Source of the DNA: Blepharisma stoltei ATCC 30299
Taxonomy: Eukaryota; Protista; Ciliophora
NCBI GenBank assembly: GCA_965603825.1
Contig: CBFDEM010000013.1
Coordinates: 124,001-188,000 of the forward strand
Direction of reading: 5' to 3'
Length of the DNA: 64,000 nucleotides
Shown: positions 37,862 to 50,862 of the stretch, piece after piece
Numbering within the stretch: the stretch's first letter is position 1
How the letters are laid out: each line of letters starts with the position of its first letter
The notes under the pieces: generated by a model
Seen by the model: only the letters and a program-made list of their open reading frames with translations
Database searches by the model: none
What the model was told of the DNA's origin: nothing
Translations under genes and position numbers: made by a program

Positions 37862-38721
37862 TCTAATTTAAAACGTAAACTTTATAATAGATCAATTATA
37901 AATTTTTTTATAATTTCAAATTTATATTTCTTTTTTAAACGAGCCATCTTTGATGAAATTTTTAGGGCAGTTTTTACATAAAGAATTAGAAGTGAGCAAG
38001 CTTAATGTATGAAAGATTAATTATTGATCATTTTAAAGGATATAATTAACTGATTTAGGGTGACTTTTTAAGTTAGTTTATTATATGGTCTTCAAGCATC
38101 TTTCATACATATAAGCATTGCAGAAAGAGCAATAGCAGCTTTTATGTAAATATTTGCCCATTTGCATCAAATGCTAAAGATTATCCATAAATATGTTTTC
38201 GAAGCCTCAACTAGTGCCTTACATAGATTTCTCGTTTTGAACTCTTCCTTTCTGAAACCTATAAAGATTTTATGCTTCAGATTTGACTCGCATAATAGAA
38301 AAAACTTTGAAACCTCATTTTTCTAGCTTAATTCGTATAAAATGCTTCAAAACAAAGCCGCGGTTGTCCCTGAATATAAAAATATTACAATAAGTAGTGC
38401 ATCTGAGCTATAAATTGTCTTAAAAGAATCAATGAAAGAGCTGATTGCTCTCTTGTGAACTCTGGAGGAATCATTCTTATCCACTCAGAATTCAGAATTG
38501 TTAAGTCATTTTTTCTGAACTCCTTTAGGTGGCAAACTTCTTTAAGCGGCAAGCAGCATCCTATCCCATATCTTCATCCCACAATTTTCTGACATATGAA
38601 AATTGGTGAAAATGAAGGAATTTATTGCAATAAATTTATCCCATATTTTTTATTAGTAAAGCAAATATCATGGGGTTTAAGATGATATAAAATCAAAGCT
38701 ATTTGGTTTATTTATATATAT

Positions 38722-39258
38722 ATGGGTTCATCTATAACAAGAATTTGGAACAAACTTTTCAAAAATCAGGAAATTCGCATTCTTATGGTTGGGCTTGATG
38801 CGGCAGGAAAAACAACAATCTTAGATCAATTCAAATTAGGAAAATTTGTACAAACAATCCCAACAATTGGTTTTAATGTGGAAACTATTAAATATCGGAA
38901 TATCTCATTTGTCATATGAGATATTGGCGGAGGGGACAAAATCCATCTTCTATGAAAGCATTATCTTGAGAATGCAAAGGGCCTTATCTTTGTTGTCGAT
39001 TCTGCAGATCATGAAAGAATTGATATTGCTAGGCACCGTTTTTTAGAGCTTGTTAAGCTAGATAAAAGTGTTGCTGTTTTAGTTCTAGCAAATAAGGCAG
39101 ATTTACCAAATCATATGAGTATCAATGAAATTGTGAACAGACTCGAGATAGAATCAATTGAAAACAAAAAATGATACGTTCAAGCTGCTTGTGCAGTTTC
39201 AGGAGATGGATTAAGAGAAGGATTAGAATGGCTTTCATGGGTATTAACTAAAAATTAA
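38722..39258 (+). CDS. ADP-ribosylation factor (Arf) family GTPase, divergent (178 aa)
   Basis: MG start, [18 protein letters not shown](TGA)DIGGG, NKAD, CA motif; three TGA at conserved Trp. Confidence 0.93.
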
Positions 39259-39513
39259 ATTATTTTTATATTAATTACTCAGAATCAAGTAAATAAATAT
39301 TTATTTTTAATTTAATAATAATAATAAATTTAGAATAAAGTTCTAAAATAATCACTATCAAAAATATATCGGTAATATAGATTTAAAATTCATACTGTTT
39401 ATTTTGATTACTTTTTTTTCGCTTATTGATAAAAATAAAAGAAGCTCTTACGCCCATTCCATTTTACATTAATGAAATTAATTATGCAATCTAACTTTTC
39501 TCATTATGGCTGT

Positions 39514-40200
39514 CTATATTAAACTATCTAATTGCTTAGCAGACCACTCTTCCACTTCCTCTATTACTTGGCTTTCAAACCAATCCTTCGCCATTTTGCA
39601 CGCTTCTGCATTTGTCGTCTTATATGCCCATTTTCACCTACAATTGATCCCGAGCCGATTTAGCATCCCAGTAATTTCAATTCACTGCTTATAATATCGA
39701 ACGACTGAAGCCCTGGATTTTTGGTCAAAAGTCTGGACAATGCTATCCTCTTCTGTATACATAATGATGTCATTGATTTTATTTTCAGCACAAAACTTAA
39801 TTGCAAAAACAGCGTGCTTTAGCAACCCCAATGATTTTGAGTTTGTATAATAGGTGTCCACTGATTTACTTAAGACTTCATTAGAAGGATTTTTAATAAT
39901 GTAGGAGCATCCTATTGGCCCAAAGCTGAGTTTTCTATAGGCAGCAAGCCAAATTGAGTGAGGCTTTGCGCTGCTTTGTTCGTCTACTTTGGGTGGATCT
40001 GGGACTTCTAGAATTTTTGATATTTTTTTATTAGGTAATTCGACTTCCCCAATAGAACTGGTGCTTGATGATTTTTCTAATGACTCTGTTATGTCAAACA
40101 CTTCAGGAATTAATCGTTTTTCTTGAGCTTCGTTTGAGCCTTCTGACAGTATTTTTCTCTTTTTGTGTGGAGAATCATAAATGTCATCGAAATCGGACAT
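39514..40200 (-). CDS. Protein with degenerate RNase H-like domain and N-terminal basic NLS-like motif (228 aa)
   Basis: Extends through two TGA to TAG 39514; GPIGCSYII, AIKFCAENKINDIIMYTEEDSIV, WAYKTTNAEACKMAK follow RNase HI/RVT_3 spacing; HKKRK. Confidence 0.65.
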
Positions 40201-40476
40201 GGTTTAAATTAATAGAGTTTAAGCCCCCGAATAAAACTTTGTGGTATAATAAGTAATATGGGTTTGCATTCCAGCGGGGGTAAATGGAATGGATAATTGA
40301 AAATAATTTAAGATAATCAATTATCTTAATAAAAAAATTAAACTTAATATGAAGATTTAAATAATAAAAGTTATTAATTATAAAATTATTAGATTAAATT
40401 TAATAAAAAGGGCACGATTTTATCAATGAAAAATATTTTTTAACTATTTTACAAGGGGGCTTGAAAATATAAAAAT

Positions 40477-42612
40477 ATGTCTGAAATTCAAGAATCCCTA
40501 TTGACAAACCCGCCCAGCACTTTTTCAGCTAATGAAGATTCTTCATCTCCGCTTAGACTTCCCCAAAAAAGACAACGTGAAGTCGAGCTTCAAGAGAACC
40601 CTTTGCCCACTTTTGAAGAAGCATACTCAAACAATAGAATGTTCATAAAGCTCGTCAAAGAATATTTCAAACAGAAAATTGATCCTTCTCTCCATTTCAA
40701 AATCAAAGAAATTGTTAACCAAAAAGAATATTTATTTCAATTACTCAAAGAAACTTCTACTCGTGGCGGCTGGAGACGTATGAATGCTTGCCATGGATGG
40801 CACCAAATTGCTTCTCTTTTTGGAAATCTAAGCCCAGAACAGCTCAGAAAAGATTATGACGAGCATTTATTTATCATAGAAAAAGGTCTTTCACCATTAA
40901 CAAAATATGACAATTCCACAATAGAAAATTACCTAGAAGAGCTCAACCCAGAACTGATGCAGCAAGCTGTCCTTATTAGGCCTTCAAAATTCGATACAAG
41001 TTTGACAGCAAAACAATGGAATAGCTATGTGTTTTCAAGCTTTGGGCTTGCAAGAGGCTACTCTACCTATATTTTGAATATTGATATTTCAGTGTTTAAG
41101 ATTGATAGAATTACAAATGTCTACTCCAACAACCCAATTACTATAAAAATTGAAAATGATCCTAAAGAAACGTGGTATAAAGATATTACACTTGGTGGAT
41201 TTTTAGATGAGTTACTTACAAGCAATAACCCGAAAATTGTGGCAGAGGCAGACTTAAAAGAATTTTCAGCACTTTATGAAGAACTGTCAAAGAAACTGCC
41301 AAATGCTCTCCATTGGAACTCAAAAAATAATCTGCTGCGTTATTATCCCAAGCTTCTAGGAATTACATCACCTATGCTACTTATTTTAAACAATAATTTT
41401 ATCTTCACAGGAGGCCCAAGCTACTTGAATTCCAGCGGAGTCTACTTGAACTTTGACACAACCATAGAATGATGGGCAATAGACTCAAAGCAGTTTCCAG
41501 TCCTTCAGCAAAAAGTTCTGAGAGATTTTTCAATTGATATTTCCAAAGAAAAATGGCTCCCAAACGACCAATATCTGCTTGTCCAAAACATCCCTTTCTG
41601 GCACACAACTCAAAGACCAGGCGACATTATTTTTGCTCCAAATGATAAGGTTTATTGGATTACCTCAGTGCTAAAAACTACACTTATTTATTGGAATTTA
41701 TTATCAGACAGTCCTCTATCACTTGAAGACGCCTGGACAATCCACAAATCCAATTTCAGCAAAGAATACCCCAAAAAAATCAACCTGCCAAGGCTTGTGG
41801 TCGAATATTTAAACAGAGAACTCGGAAAAATCAGCCAATCAACCTTTGAGTTCTGCAAAGAGATGATAAATGAGTGTACAGAATCACAAGAGCTGCCAAA
41901 TAAAACAAGACCAGAAGACTCTGACTGCTTATTTTGTGCTTTTTGTGGAAAAGATATTATCTGGAAATACTCAAGATGCATAAAATGCCATATGAACAGA
42001 GGAATTGACGCTATTTGTTTATCATGCACAACAGGCCATAAATGTTTAGAAATTGTATTTTTTGAAAAATACCCTGAGGAGGAATGGAAAGCATTTTTAG
42101 CCAGGATTAATGCGCCACAGGTGGAGAGTTTCCAAGAAAAAATATGCAGGACTGAAATTAATGAGTTTTGTGGCTGCGGAGAAAATATTGCTATTTCTCC
42201 GAGCACTGTTGAAGCTATTTATAATGCACCTCTGATAAATGCACATATTCAAATTGAAGCTGTAGATGATCCTGAAGAAGTTGAACAAAACTGTGAAGAT
42301 AAGGTTGTGGCACCGATTAAAATGCCAGATATCAATGATTTGTATAAGAATAAAGGGAAAAAGCAGAGAGATATTAGGAAAGCGATGGAAAATCCGCTGT
42401 CTGGGCCGAGGTTTACGTATCAACTTGAAGAGAAGGAGTATCAGTCTAAAGCAAAAGATGATGGGAATGATATTTTGAAGAATTTAATGAAGGGGAGGAA
42501 TAATGAATCTGCTCTGTCAAGCTTGGTCAAAAAGCCGTCTTCTATATCTGGGTTAAGCAGGCTAATTTCAAAAGCAAAAACTGATAAGCAAAATGTTTAT
42601 GATAAATATTAA
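40477..42612 (+). CDS. ARID + degenerate KDM6-type JmjC + Cys-rich zinc-binding protein (711 aa)
   Basis: Joined through TGA 41470-41472; ARID (LFQLLKE..RGGW..WHQIA..LRKDYDEHL); JmjC (EWWAI..WLPN..NIPF..QRPGDIIF..VYWI..IYWN); CAFC/CIKC/CLSC. Confidence 0.82.
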
Positions 42613-42816
42613 ATAAATATTTTTTATCAATAATAATATAAAAAAATGTAAAATAATTCATTTAAGAATAGGTAAGTATGGTAATATTGGCAATTTTTTA
42701 CTTAAAAATTAATAAAATTAAAGAAATCAAGTATATTTAAGCCACAAGTCCAAGAAATAAATCGTCAGTTCTGCACCATTTTTTAATTTGAAATAAATTT
42801 AATAAATAATTTTAAA

Positions 42817-43626
42817 TTAAGCCATTAACTGAGCAAACTGCGCTTCATTATAATCAGTCTCCAAAAGATTAAGCACCATTTGATTAGCTTTTTCCTCAAC
42901 TGCATGCTCTTCTTGTTGCTGTTTTATCTTTTCTAAAAGATAATAATCGTCATTTATCGCCTTATTTACACCAAGACTGATTGCTTCGACATTTAATTCA
43001 TCAGGTCTTCATTTAAACGAAATTTCTGGCAATGGTGGGATATTTGCTTGCATTTTTTTTAAACTTTCTTTAATTTGGTTAGAAAAATCAATGATCTTTT
43101 TGCTTTCTTCCAGTGGATAAAATGTATTGACGACATTTATTACATAATTTGGGTCCATATTTGGTGTGCTTGGCATATACATCTGCAATTTTTTGTCTTT
43201 TTTTACATAGGACTTCGCAAGGGATGTAAGGACACTTTTGTCTGGGCTTGGAATTAGTTTTATTTTGGATTTCGGAAGCAAGGTTTTTGAGCCAACAATT
43301 AGCTCATCAAGGAAATTTGGGGTGAAAAAGCCGAGGTCAGGTAAAAAGTAGTCGTTTTCTTGAAGTTTTTTATAGACAGCGTCTTTAGAAAGTTTGAGTC
43401 TCCTGAGGTAGTCTGTAAAGTCTATAAGGAGGGTAGAATCATAAATATGCCTAATTCTTTTAATATGGAAAAATTCATGCAAAGTGTTGATTTGGACGTT
43501 GTCCCAGATGTAGTCTTGAGGAGATTCAACGTATTTGCCGAGAGCTTTATTTATTTCAAACCTAACCATTTTGGAGAGATCATCTCTGAAAGTGTGCAAA
43601 AAGCTTTTCAATTCTTCACTGTTCAT
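42817..43626 (-). CDS. Hypothetical protein (269 aa)
   Basis: Track ORF extends through TGA 43009 to TAA 42817. Confidence 0.75.
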
Positions 43627-44014
43627 TTATGTTTATAAAAGCCCCTCTAGAAAAAAAATTTTGAAAATTAATAAATAAGGGACAATATCATAATATAATA
43701 ATATTTGTCTTATAAATATATCAATTAAACCTAATTGCTACTGAAAATTGATATTAAGCCATAACTTAATTTTGCTTAACTCAAAAGAATTAAAGCCAAT
43801 AATTTTAAATAAAATCCACAATTTATGATATAAATTTCTATGCTATTTTCTCATATTATTAATGTTTCTGGTGCCGAATATTCCTTTAATAGCCTTCCTT
43901 TATTTATCATGAATTCCTGCCTTCTTCAGCTATTTATTTCTTATTTTTCATTTATGATAAGGCAAAACCTTTTTTAACATTTCCCATCATGCTAATTATA
44001 ACAAAGAATTCAAT

Positions 44015-46480
44015 ATGAACAAAGAAGAGCCTCGAGCTTTCAAAGTTTACGTTAGAATCCGTCCTCCATCAGAAAGAGAGCTTCTCCTAAAACAAATATC
44101 TTGCGAGCACTATCTTCGGGTCCAAGATGAAGTGGTAAAACCTCCATAGATTTGGATAAAAGAACAACGGAGCTCCCTGGCAAAAGAATACAGCTATAGT
44201 TTTGATGGAGTTTTCACAGAGTCTCACAATAACTCAATAGTCTATACAGATTCAGTTAGCTTGCTAGTCAGCCAAGTTCTACAAGGATTTAATGCTACAA
44301 CGTTTGCATATGGGACAACCGGTGCAGGTAAAACTCATACAATGTTTGGTAATATGATGCTTGAAGGGGTAACAGAATCAGGAATCCTATATTTAGCTTT
44401 AGAAGACTGTTTTTCACAAATAAATGCAAAGAGATCAGATTTTATATTGAAATTAAGCTATTTAGAAATTTATAACGAGCACGTTATTGACCTGCTAGAC
44501 TCCACAGGAAAGTCGAACAATTTACTTATTGTGGAAGACCCAATAAAAGGTATTGTGGTGCCTGAGTTATTAGAATACCAGATCAGCAATTTGCAGGATG
44601 CCCATGAATTGATTGTAAAAGGAAACCAGCAGAGAACGATGGCCTCTACAGCGATAAATCAATTTTCAACCAGGTCGCATGCTGTGCTGAGGATTACAAT
44701 AGAGCAAAGGGCAAGAGAAAGAAATATTATAGAAGAAGTGGCTAATTCAAAACTTTCGTTAATAGATCTAGCTGGCAGTGAAAGAGGAGCAGCTACTGAG
44801 AACCGTGGACAAAGAATGGTAGAAGGCGCTAATATAAATCGGTCCTTATTAGCTCTTGGAAATTGCATCAATATTTTAACTGACTCAAAAAATAAAGGAA
44901 AATACGTCCCTTATCGAGATTCCAAGCTGACAAGAATCCTTAAAGATTCACTGGGAGGAAACACCAAAACAATAATGATCGCGTGTATTTCGCCTTCTAT
45001 AATTCAGTTTGAAGAAACTATGAATACCCTAAAATATGCAGAAAGAGCTAGGAATATAAAAAATGATGCAGTCAGAAATATAAAAGAAGTAGAAGCACAT
45101 GTTTCTGAATATAAAGAAATAATACAATCTTTAAGGCAAGAAATAGAGTTTCTAAAAGTCCAGCTAAATAGGCAGGAAGAATCATCTCCAAAGCAGTCAT
45201 TCCAGACTGAGCAGACAAGTGCGAAATCTCCTATCAAAAGAGTCAGAACCCAAGCTGAAAATTCTAATCTTAACTTGGACGATTCAGAATTTGACGTCTT
45301 TTCTAAGCGCTTGCTAGATAACTTTGAAGAGCATTGAGAAATAAAAAACAGCATAAAAGAAATTGATATGCTGAACCAAGAAAACAACGCAAAGCTAAAA
45401 CAATATATAGGGCAGTCTGAATCAGGAATTTCCAATAGGAATATGAGGGAGTTCAGAAATGAGCTTCAAGCTCTTCAACAAAATATAAAAGAAAACGAGG
45501 ATATGAGAAATGAACTATTAGAAAGCTTATATTCTAATTTAAAAGTCAAGACTGAGCTGCAAAATTCTATAGGTAATATGAAAGTTGACAAAAAAAGAGA
45601 AATTCTTGAGCTCCAAATTGCGCTGAGAAACTTAAAGCTGGAGAAGCTTGATCTGCATATACAAAATACACAAATAAAACAAGAAGCTTTAAAGGTAAAA
45701 CAAGAAAGTGAAGCGAAAGACAAAATAATTTCTCAAATGAAAAGTGAATTGGATACGATGAAAAAGCAGCTCACAAAACAAGCTGCCCTGCCTCGTAGGA
45801 AAGATATCTATCATAGTGCTTCTACAAATTCATTCCACAAAGCAGAAGACTACCCAAAGCTCCAAAACGACTTATCGCAAGAATTTGTGACAAGCTTTGG
45901 ATATGTCTCATCCCCCAAAACACAAAAAATAATAAAACTTTCAGGTCTTGACGAAGCTCGAAGGGCACGAAAACTTGAGCTCCAAAGCTTGTCTTCTTCA
46001 AAAAAGAATATAAAACACCAAAACAGCTACATTCCTAACCATCCTGGAGATATTGATGAAGTTCCTGACAAAAAAATAGAAGTAATTCGGTCTTCTTCAG
46101 TATCTGGAAGTAGACCAATGAGCTCTAAGTTGGATTCTAGTAAAAATTCAAAAAAGGGAACAGTGGTTCATACCTCGGTTAGAGGGGTTTTCAGTAATTT
46201 GCAAAAAGCAAATGAGAGGTTTTTGAGTGCTGACAGAAGAAGGGCTACTCCTAAAGAGGAAAGGCCAAAAGCAGAAGACACAAAAATTATTACGATTGCT
46301 AAAGAGAAAACTGGGAAAGATATAAAGAAAAAAGAAGAGGTGACGAAAATGAATTTGAGCAAGCTGGCAAAAAGCTTGAACCAGAGGATTTTGACAGCTG
46401 AGGAAGCAGCGGAAATTGTGAGGCAGCAATGGAGGAAAAAGCCAACACCACTTGTGAAAATATCGCTGTCAAAAATGTAA
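44015..46480 (+). CDS. Kinesin-8 family (KIF18/KIF19-like) motor (816 aa)
   Basis: VYVRIRP, AYGTTGAGKT, STRSH, LIDLAGSER, NINRSLLALGNCIN, VPYRDSKLTR; intron 44135-44149; TGA 45335. Confidence 0.93.
44135..44149 (+). other. 15-nt intron
   Basis: GTAAAACCTCCATAG, phase 0; lacks the A at position 10 seen in the other introns. Confidence 0.75.
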
Positions 46481-46577
46481 AATAGAGGAGGATAATGATT
46501 TTTGTTTGAAATTTAAAATAAATCAGTTGCATGTATCAATAACATTATAAAATTGCCGTATTTAATTTAAATTAAGA

Positions 46578-47312
46578 ATGAATACTGAACAAAGAAGTGA
46601 GGCACGTCTGCTTAAAGAAGTTAAAGAGCTTATATCAATCCTAAAAATGAAAATTCGAACTGACTGCCCTAAAAATAAAGTCTATGAACAACTAACTCTT
46701 CGAATTGACTCACTAGCAAAATTCGAAGAGCAAGCTATTTCTGAAATAAATTACACAAAAGAACTAGAAGAAGAAGTTTTTCGCTTGAGGAAAACATGTG
46801 ATAAATTTTCTGAGCTTTCAAGCTCTGTACAGCTGCTGCATGAAAATTATAAAGAAGAAATCAAAAGTTTGACAAATGATAAAAATCAATTGGCAAATGA
46901 AAATTCGCAGCTGAAATCTTCAATTCAAGCTGCAAATGCACAAATCAGTGTTTTAAACAAAGAAATAGGGGTATTAAAGGAAGAAAATAAAAACCAAAAA
47001 GATCAATGGGATAGAGATCGAGCTATTTTTGCTCAAGAGCAAATTGGAAAAAAGGCTCAAGAGCAGAAATTATTGCATGCATTGGATAAATTGGAAAGAA
47101 TAAAGAAATCTAAAATTCAAGAAGACAAAAGCATGATGGAAGAGTGCATGAATCTAAAGAGAAGTTTAGAAGAAATGCAAAATAGGGTGAGTGAGCAAGA
47201 AGAATTCGAAGAAATCATAAGGGAAAAGGATGAGCAGATTGAAGCGTTGAAGAGAAAGTGCAGATTATTTGAAAAAGAGTTAAGCCTAAGAGAAGATGAA
47301 GATGAGTTTTAA
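46578..47312 (+). CDS. Coiled-coil protein (244 aa)
   Basis: Intact E/K-rich heptad ORF. Confidence 0.8.
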   Translation: MNTEQRSEARLLKEVKELISILKMKIRTDCPKNKVYEQLTLRIDSLAKFEEQAISEINYTKELEEEVFRLRKTCDKFSELSSSVQLLHENYKEEIKSLTNDKNQLANENSQLKSSIQAANAQISVLNKEIGVLKEENKNQKDQWDRDRAIFAQEQIGKKAQEQKLLHALDKLERIKKSKIQEDKSMMEECMNLKRSLEEMQNRVSEQEEFEEIIREKDEQIEALKRKCRLFEKELSLREDEDEF

Positions 47313-47337
47313 ACTGTTTTATTATCTAGATTTATTA

Positions 47338-50300
47338 TTAACCTATTGAACTTGGAGGGGCTTGCCCAATTTCAATTCCTTGAATTTTTTCAAACTTCTT
47401 GTCATCTAAACCAAATTTATAGAATCCATCTGTATTCAAGAATCCGACATAAATCGATCCTTCCCTATAGGCTCTATAAATTTGCTCTGGATTATTGCTT
47501 AGGTTTGATATAGCAACTTTTTTTCAATTATTTTCATCTCCTACTTCACTCTCATATATGGCTCCGCTGCTTTCAATTAGGAAGAGCCTAAATATCCCTG
47601 AAACTAAGATTTTGTTCCCTCCACTTCTGACTAAGAGACTTGATATTTCAGTATAGCTGTTTTGAATAATGCTATAGCTGTACAACTTTGAGTAATTAAA
47701 TCCTGTGATTATAATATTTTGCTTATAAACTATGCAAGAGCATCTTCTCGAAGGTGCTGGGAGAGGATTTAGCTTAATCCACTTATTTTCTACCAAATCA
47801 TATGCTTCAGCCAGAGCCAGATCTTTTTTGTTGTCTGAGCCACCAAACACATAAACGTTGTTCTGGTAATATACTGATCCTGCTTTATTGCAGGGTGTTC
47901 CTGAAGGAAGCACACGAACATTATACTTTGAATCAATGATGCATGTAATTCCAGAGAGAGGGTTCCAATTACCAAAGCAGAATAGCTCATAATTAGGAAG
48001 CTGAGTAATGCTTGTAAAGCAACACAATGGTTCAGGAGTATCAATGTACACAAAGTCACGCTTCTGCAACTCCGAGTCAAATATTATTAATTTTGTTTTC
48101 GTTTTTTCTCTTTCCGTTAAATATATATACTTATCTGCATATATGTTGTATTCATATTCCTTCATTTTAACCATTTCATAAAAAATATGTGACCTTTTCA
48201 TCATTTCTTCATATTTCGCAACCACCCCTGTATACCGATCTGAGTACTCATTAAATGTTTTAGCGATTTCTCCGCTTAAGTCACAAAGGCATTTTGTCTC
48301 TTCACTCTTTGCGTATAAATAAGAAACACTTTCATATTCTTTAGTCAGCTTTTCTAGCCTGCAATATAAATCTTGTATCTTAATTTTCTGCTGAGAGATT
48401 TCGTCAAAAAATGACCATGTGATGCATTCTTGGTTCATTTCTGAAAATATAATTTGACTGTCAAGCCTGTCAAGCTCATTTTCAAAAATCATGAGGTCTC
48501 GTATTTTTAGGCCAAACATTTTGAGCTGTTCATCTTCTGAAGTCATACACATGATACTTTTCTTCAGCTTGCCAAAAGGATCAGTAGACATAACACTATT
48601 GCCTTCTGGAAGTGCCAAGGAAATTTGGTTGACTTTTTCAATGAACTCTTGCTTTATATTTTCAATTTTTTCATCTTGTTTTACAATTCCTTGCTTTATC
48701 TCAGCTTCTTCCACAGTTAAAGTTACAAGAGATGAGTCAATGAGCTCTTTATACCTCTTAATTTCATTGGTATTGAAGCTGATTTTGGCCACCATTTCAT
48801 TAAAAGATGCTGAAATTGGAGCAATGATGGTGTTATAGCTTTTGAGGGTATCAGTTTGTGCTTTAATTTCGTCCTTCATTAAATTAAACTTCTCTTGATG
48901 CTCGTTTAGCTTTGCGATTTGTTCTAAGCTTCTCTGCTCAAAGGAGAGGAGCTTTTCTGATAAAACTTGGTTGTTTTTGTCTTTTTGCGTTTCTAAGATT
49001 TCGTAGACTTCTGTTTTGAATGAGGAGAGTTGACTGCTTGTCTTGTCAATCCTTGAGGACAGATTTTCTGCAAGCTGATTCATTATGATTGTGTCTTCTT
49101 CTCTTTGTTTTGCTAAAAATTGGTTGGTTTCTGCTCTTAAATTCGCTATTTCTTTGATAGTTTCATTGTTCAATGACGTGTTTCTTTCTTCCAGGCCACT
49201 TGCTCTAAGTTCATTTATTTTTTTTTGCTCTTCTAAGGTTTTCTTAACTTCTCCTTTGAATGAAGCAATTTCTGTTGAGAGCTGGCTTAGTATTGAGGCG
49301 TTTTGTGTATTTTGATTATTTAGATTTTGAGTACTTATTGCTGCTTTAGCATCAGCTTCTTTTAACGATTTAGTAATTAAGTTCATCTGGTCACCAAGCT
49401 GCCTAACAAAGCTTATCTGTGATTCAAAATCTGCTTTTAATTGGCTGATTTTTTCTTTTTGATTGCCTATTTTTTGGCTTTGTGAAGTGGTAGTTTGTTC
49501 AATTGCTAAAATTTTTTCATCTAATTGTTTGCGGTCGAGCTCGGTTCTCTGATTCAGCGACTCTCCAATTTCCCAAATTATTTTACTGATTTTTTTTTCT
49601 TGTTCTTCTATACATTTTTTCAATGTATAGCACTGCTTTTCAATGATTGTTACTTTTTCTATATTTTCTTTTCTTTCTTGCTCCTTTTGTGCTCCAAATA
49701 TTCTCTCTATTTCACTTTTCATGCTCACTATTGCGTTTTCAAAGTTCTTGAACATTTGGTTTGACCTCTCGTTAGATAGTTTAGTATCATTGATATTTGA
49801 GTAGACTTTTTCAATTAGATCATTGATGGTCACAGAGGTTGATCCCATCCAGTCGTCATGGTGCTTAATAAACTCTTTTTGGTTTTTAACCTCTTCTTCT
49901 AAAGCGCTGACTTTTTTACTAGAGTTATTAGTGTCATTGAGGGTTGAGCGCATTATTTCATTTATGTCTCTTATAGAGACTGATGTGGAGCCCATTCATT
50001 CCTCGTGCCGCTTCAGAAGTTCTTTATTTATTTTTATTTCTTCTTCTACAACACTAATTTTCCCTAAAGAATCTGCTAGATTTAAGTGCATCTTATCATT
50101 TATTTCGTTAATAGTTGCAGAAGTAGCCACCATCCAATTTTCATGGTTCCTCAAAAATTCCTTATGCGATTTTACTTCTTCACCTACCGCGTCCACTTTT
50201 CCAATGAACTCATTAAATTGCCTGGACTGCTCCAGCACAATTTGGCTGTATTCTATTGATTTTTCTGCCATAGCTTGTGAAAATTTCTCAGTTTTTGTCA

Positions 50301-50862
50301 ACCTTTCCAGCACTTCACTAATCTTAATATCAATGATATTCCCTATAACATTTTCAATTTCTCCATCATAAATATAAGCATACTTAATTAACTTATCATA
50401 TTTTACCGTCCTAGATGGCAAAAGCCCTATAAATTTGTCATGTGCGTCTCTAGGAGATAAAATCAAGCAGCTTAAGACAGGATTATTTTCATATTTTGAT
50501 ACCTGATTAGTGCTGATGACCTGAAGGATGACGTTTTCTAAGTCTTTTATGTCACGGTCTAGCTGGGCTAGCCCTTGAGTAATAATAGACTCTACATCAA
50601 CAAAATTAGCTGAGAATCTTTGGAGGATTTTGGTTTTTATGACATTAAGGTCAGTTTTTTCAGCATTCAATAATCTTATGATTACGTTTTTGGATTCTGC
50701 AATGGGCGGTGCATGAATCCTTTCGATTTGGTGAAGTGCAGCAGCGATTTTCATATGTTTACTCATATGAGCAGAGCACATAAAGGTGGGATTAGATGCA
50801 CATCTGCAAACATGTTCTGGGACTCGCTCACAGCCACTATAGAAGCACTGAAACCCTTCCAT
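47338..50862 (-). CDS. B-box-like zinc finger + long coiled coil + Kelch-type propeller protein (1174 aa)
   Basis: Joined through TGA 49996 and 47524; N-terminal CFYSGC..CRC..MCSAHMSKH; VYVFGG..AEAYDLVENKW Kelch repeat. Confidence 0.85.

Noticed and set aside
38080-38600. Coding-like minus-strand stretch ending in a Cys-rich motif (CYCSFC)
   Set aside because: I found no continuous frame even with UGA=Trp; at most a decayed pseudogene.
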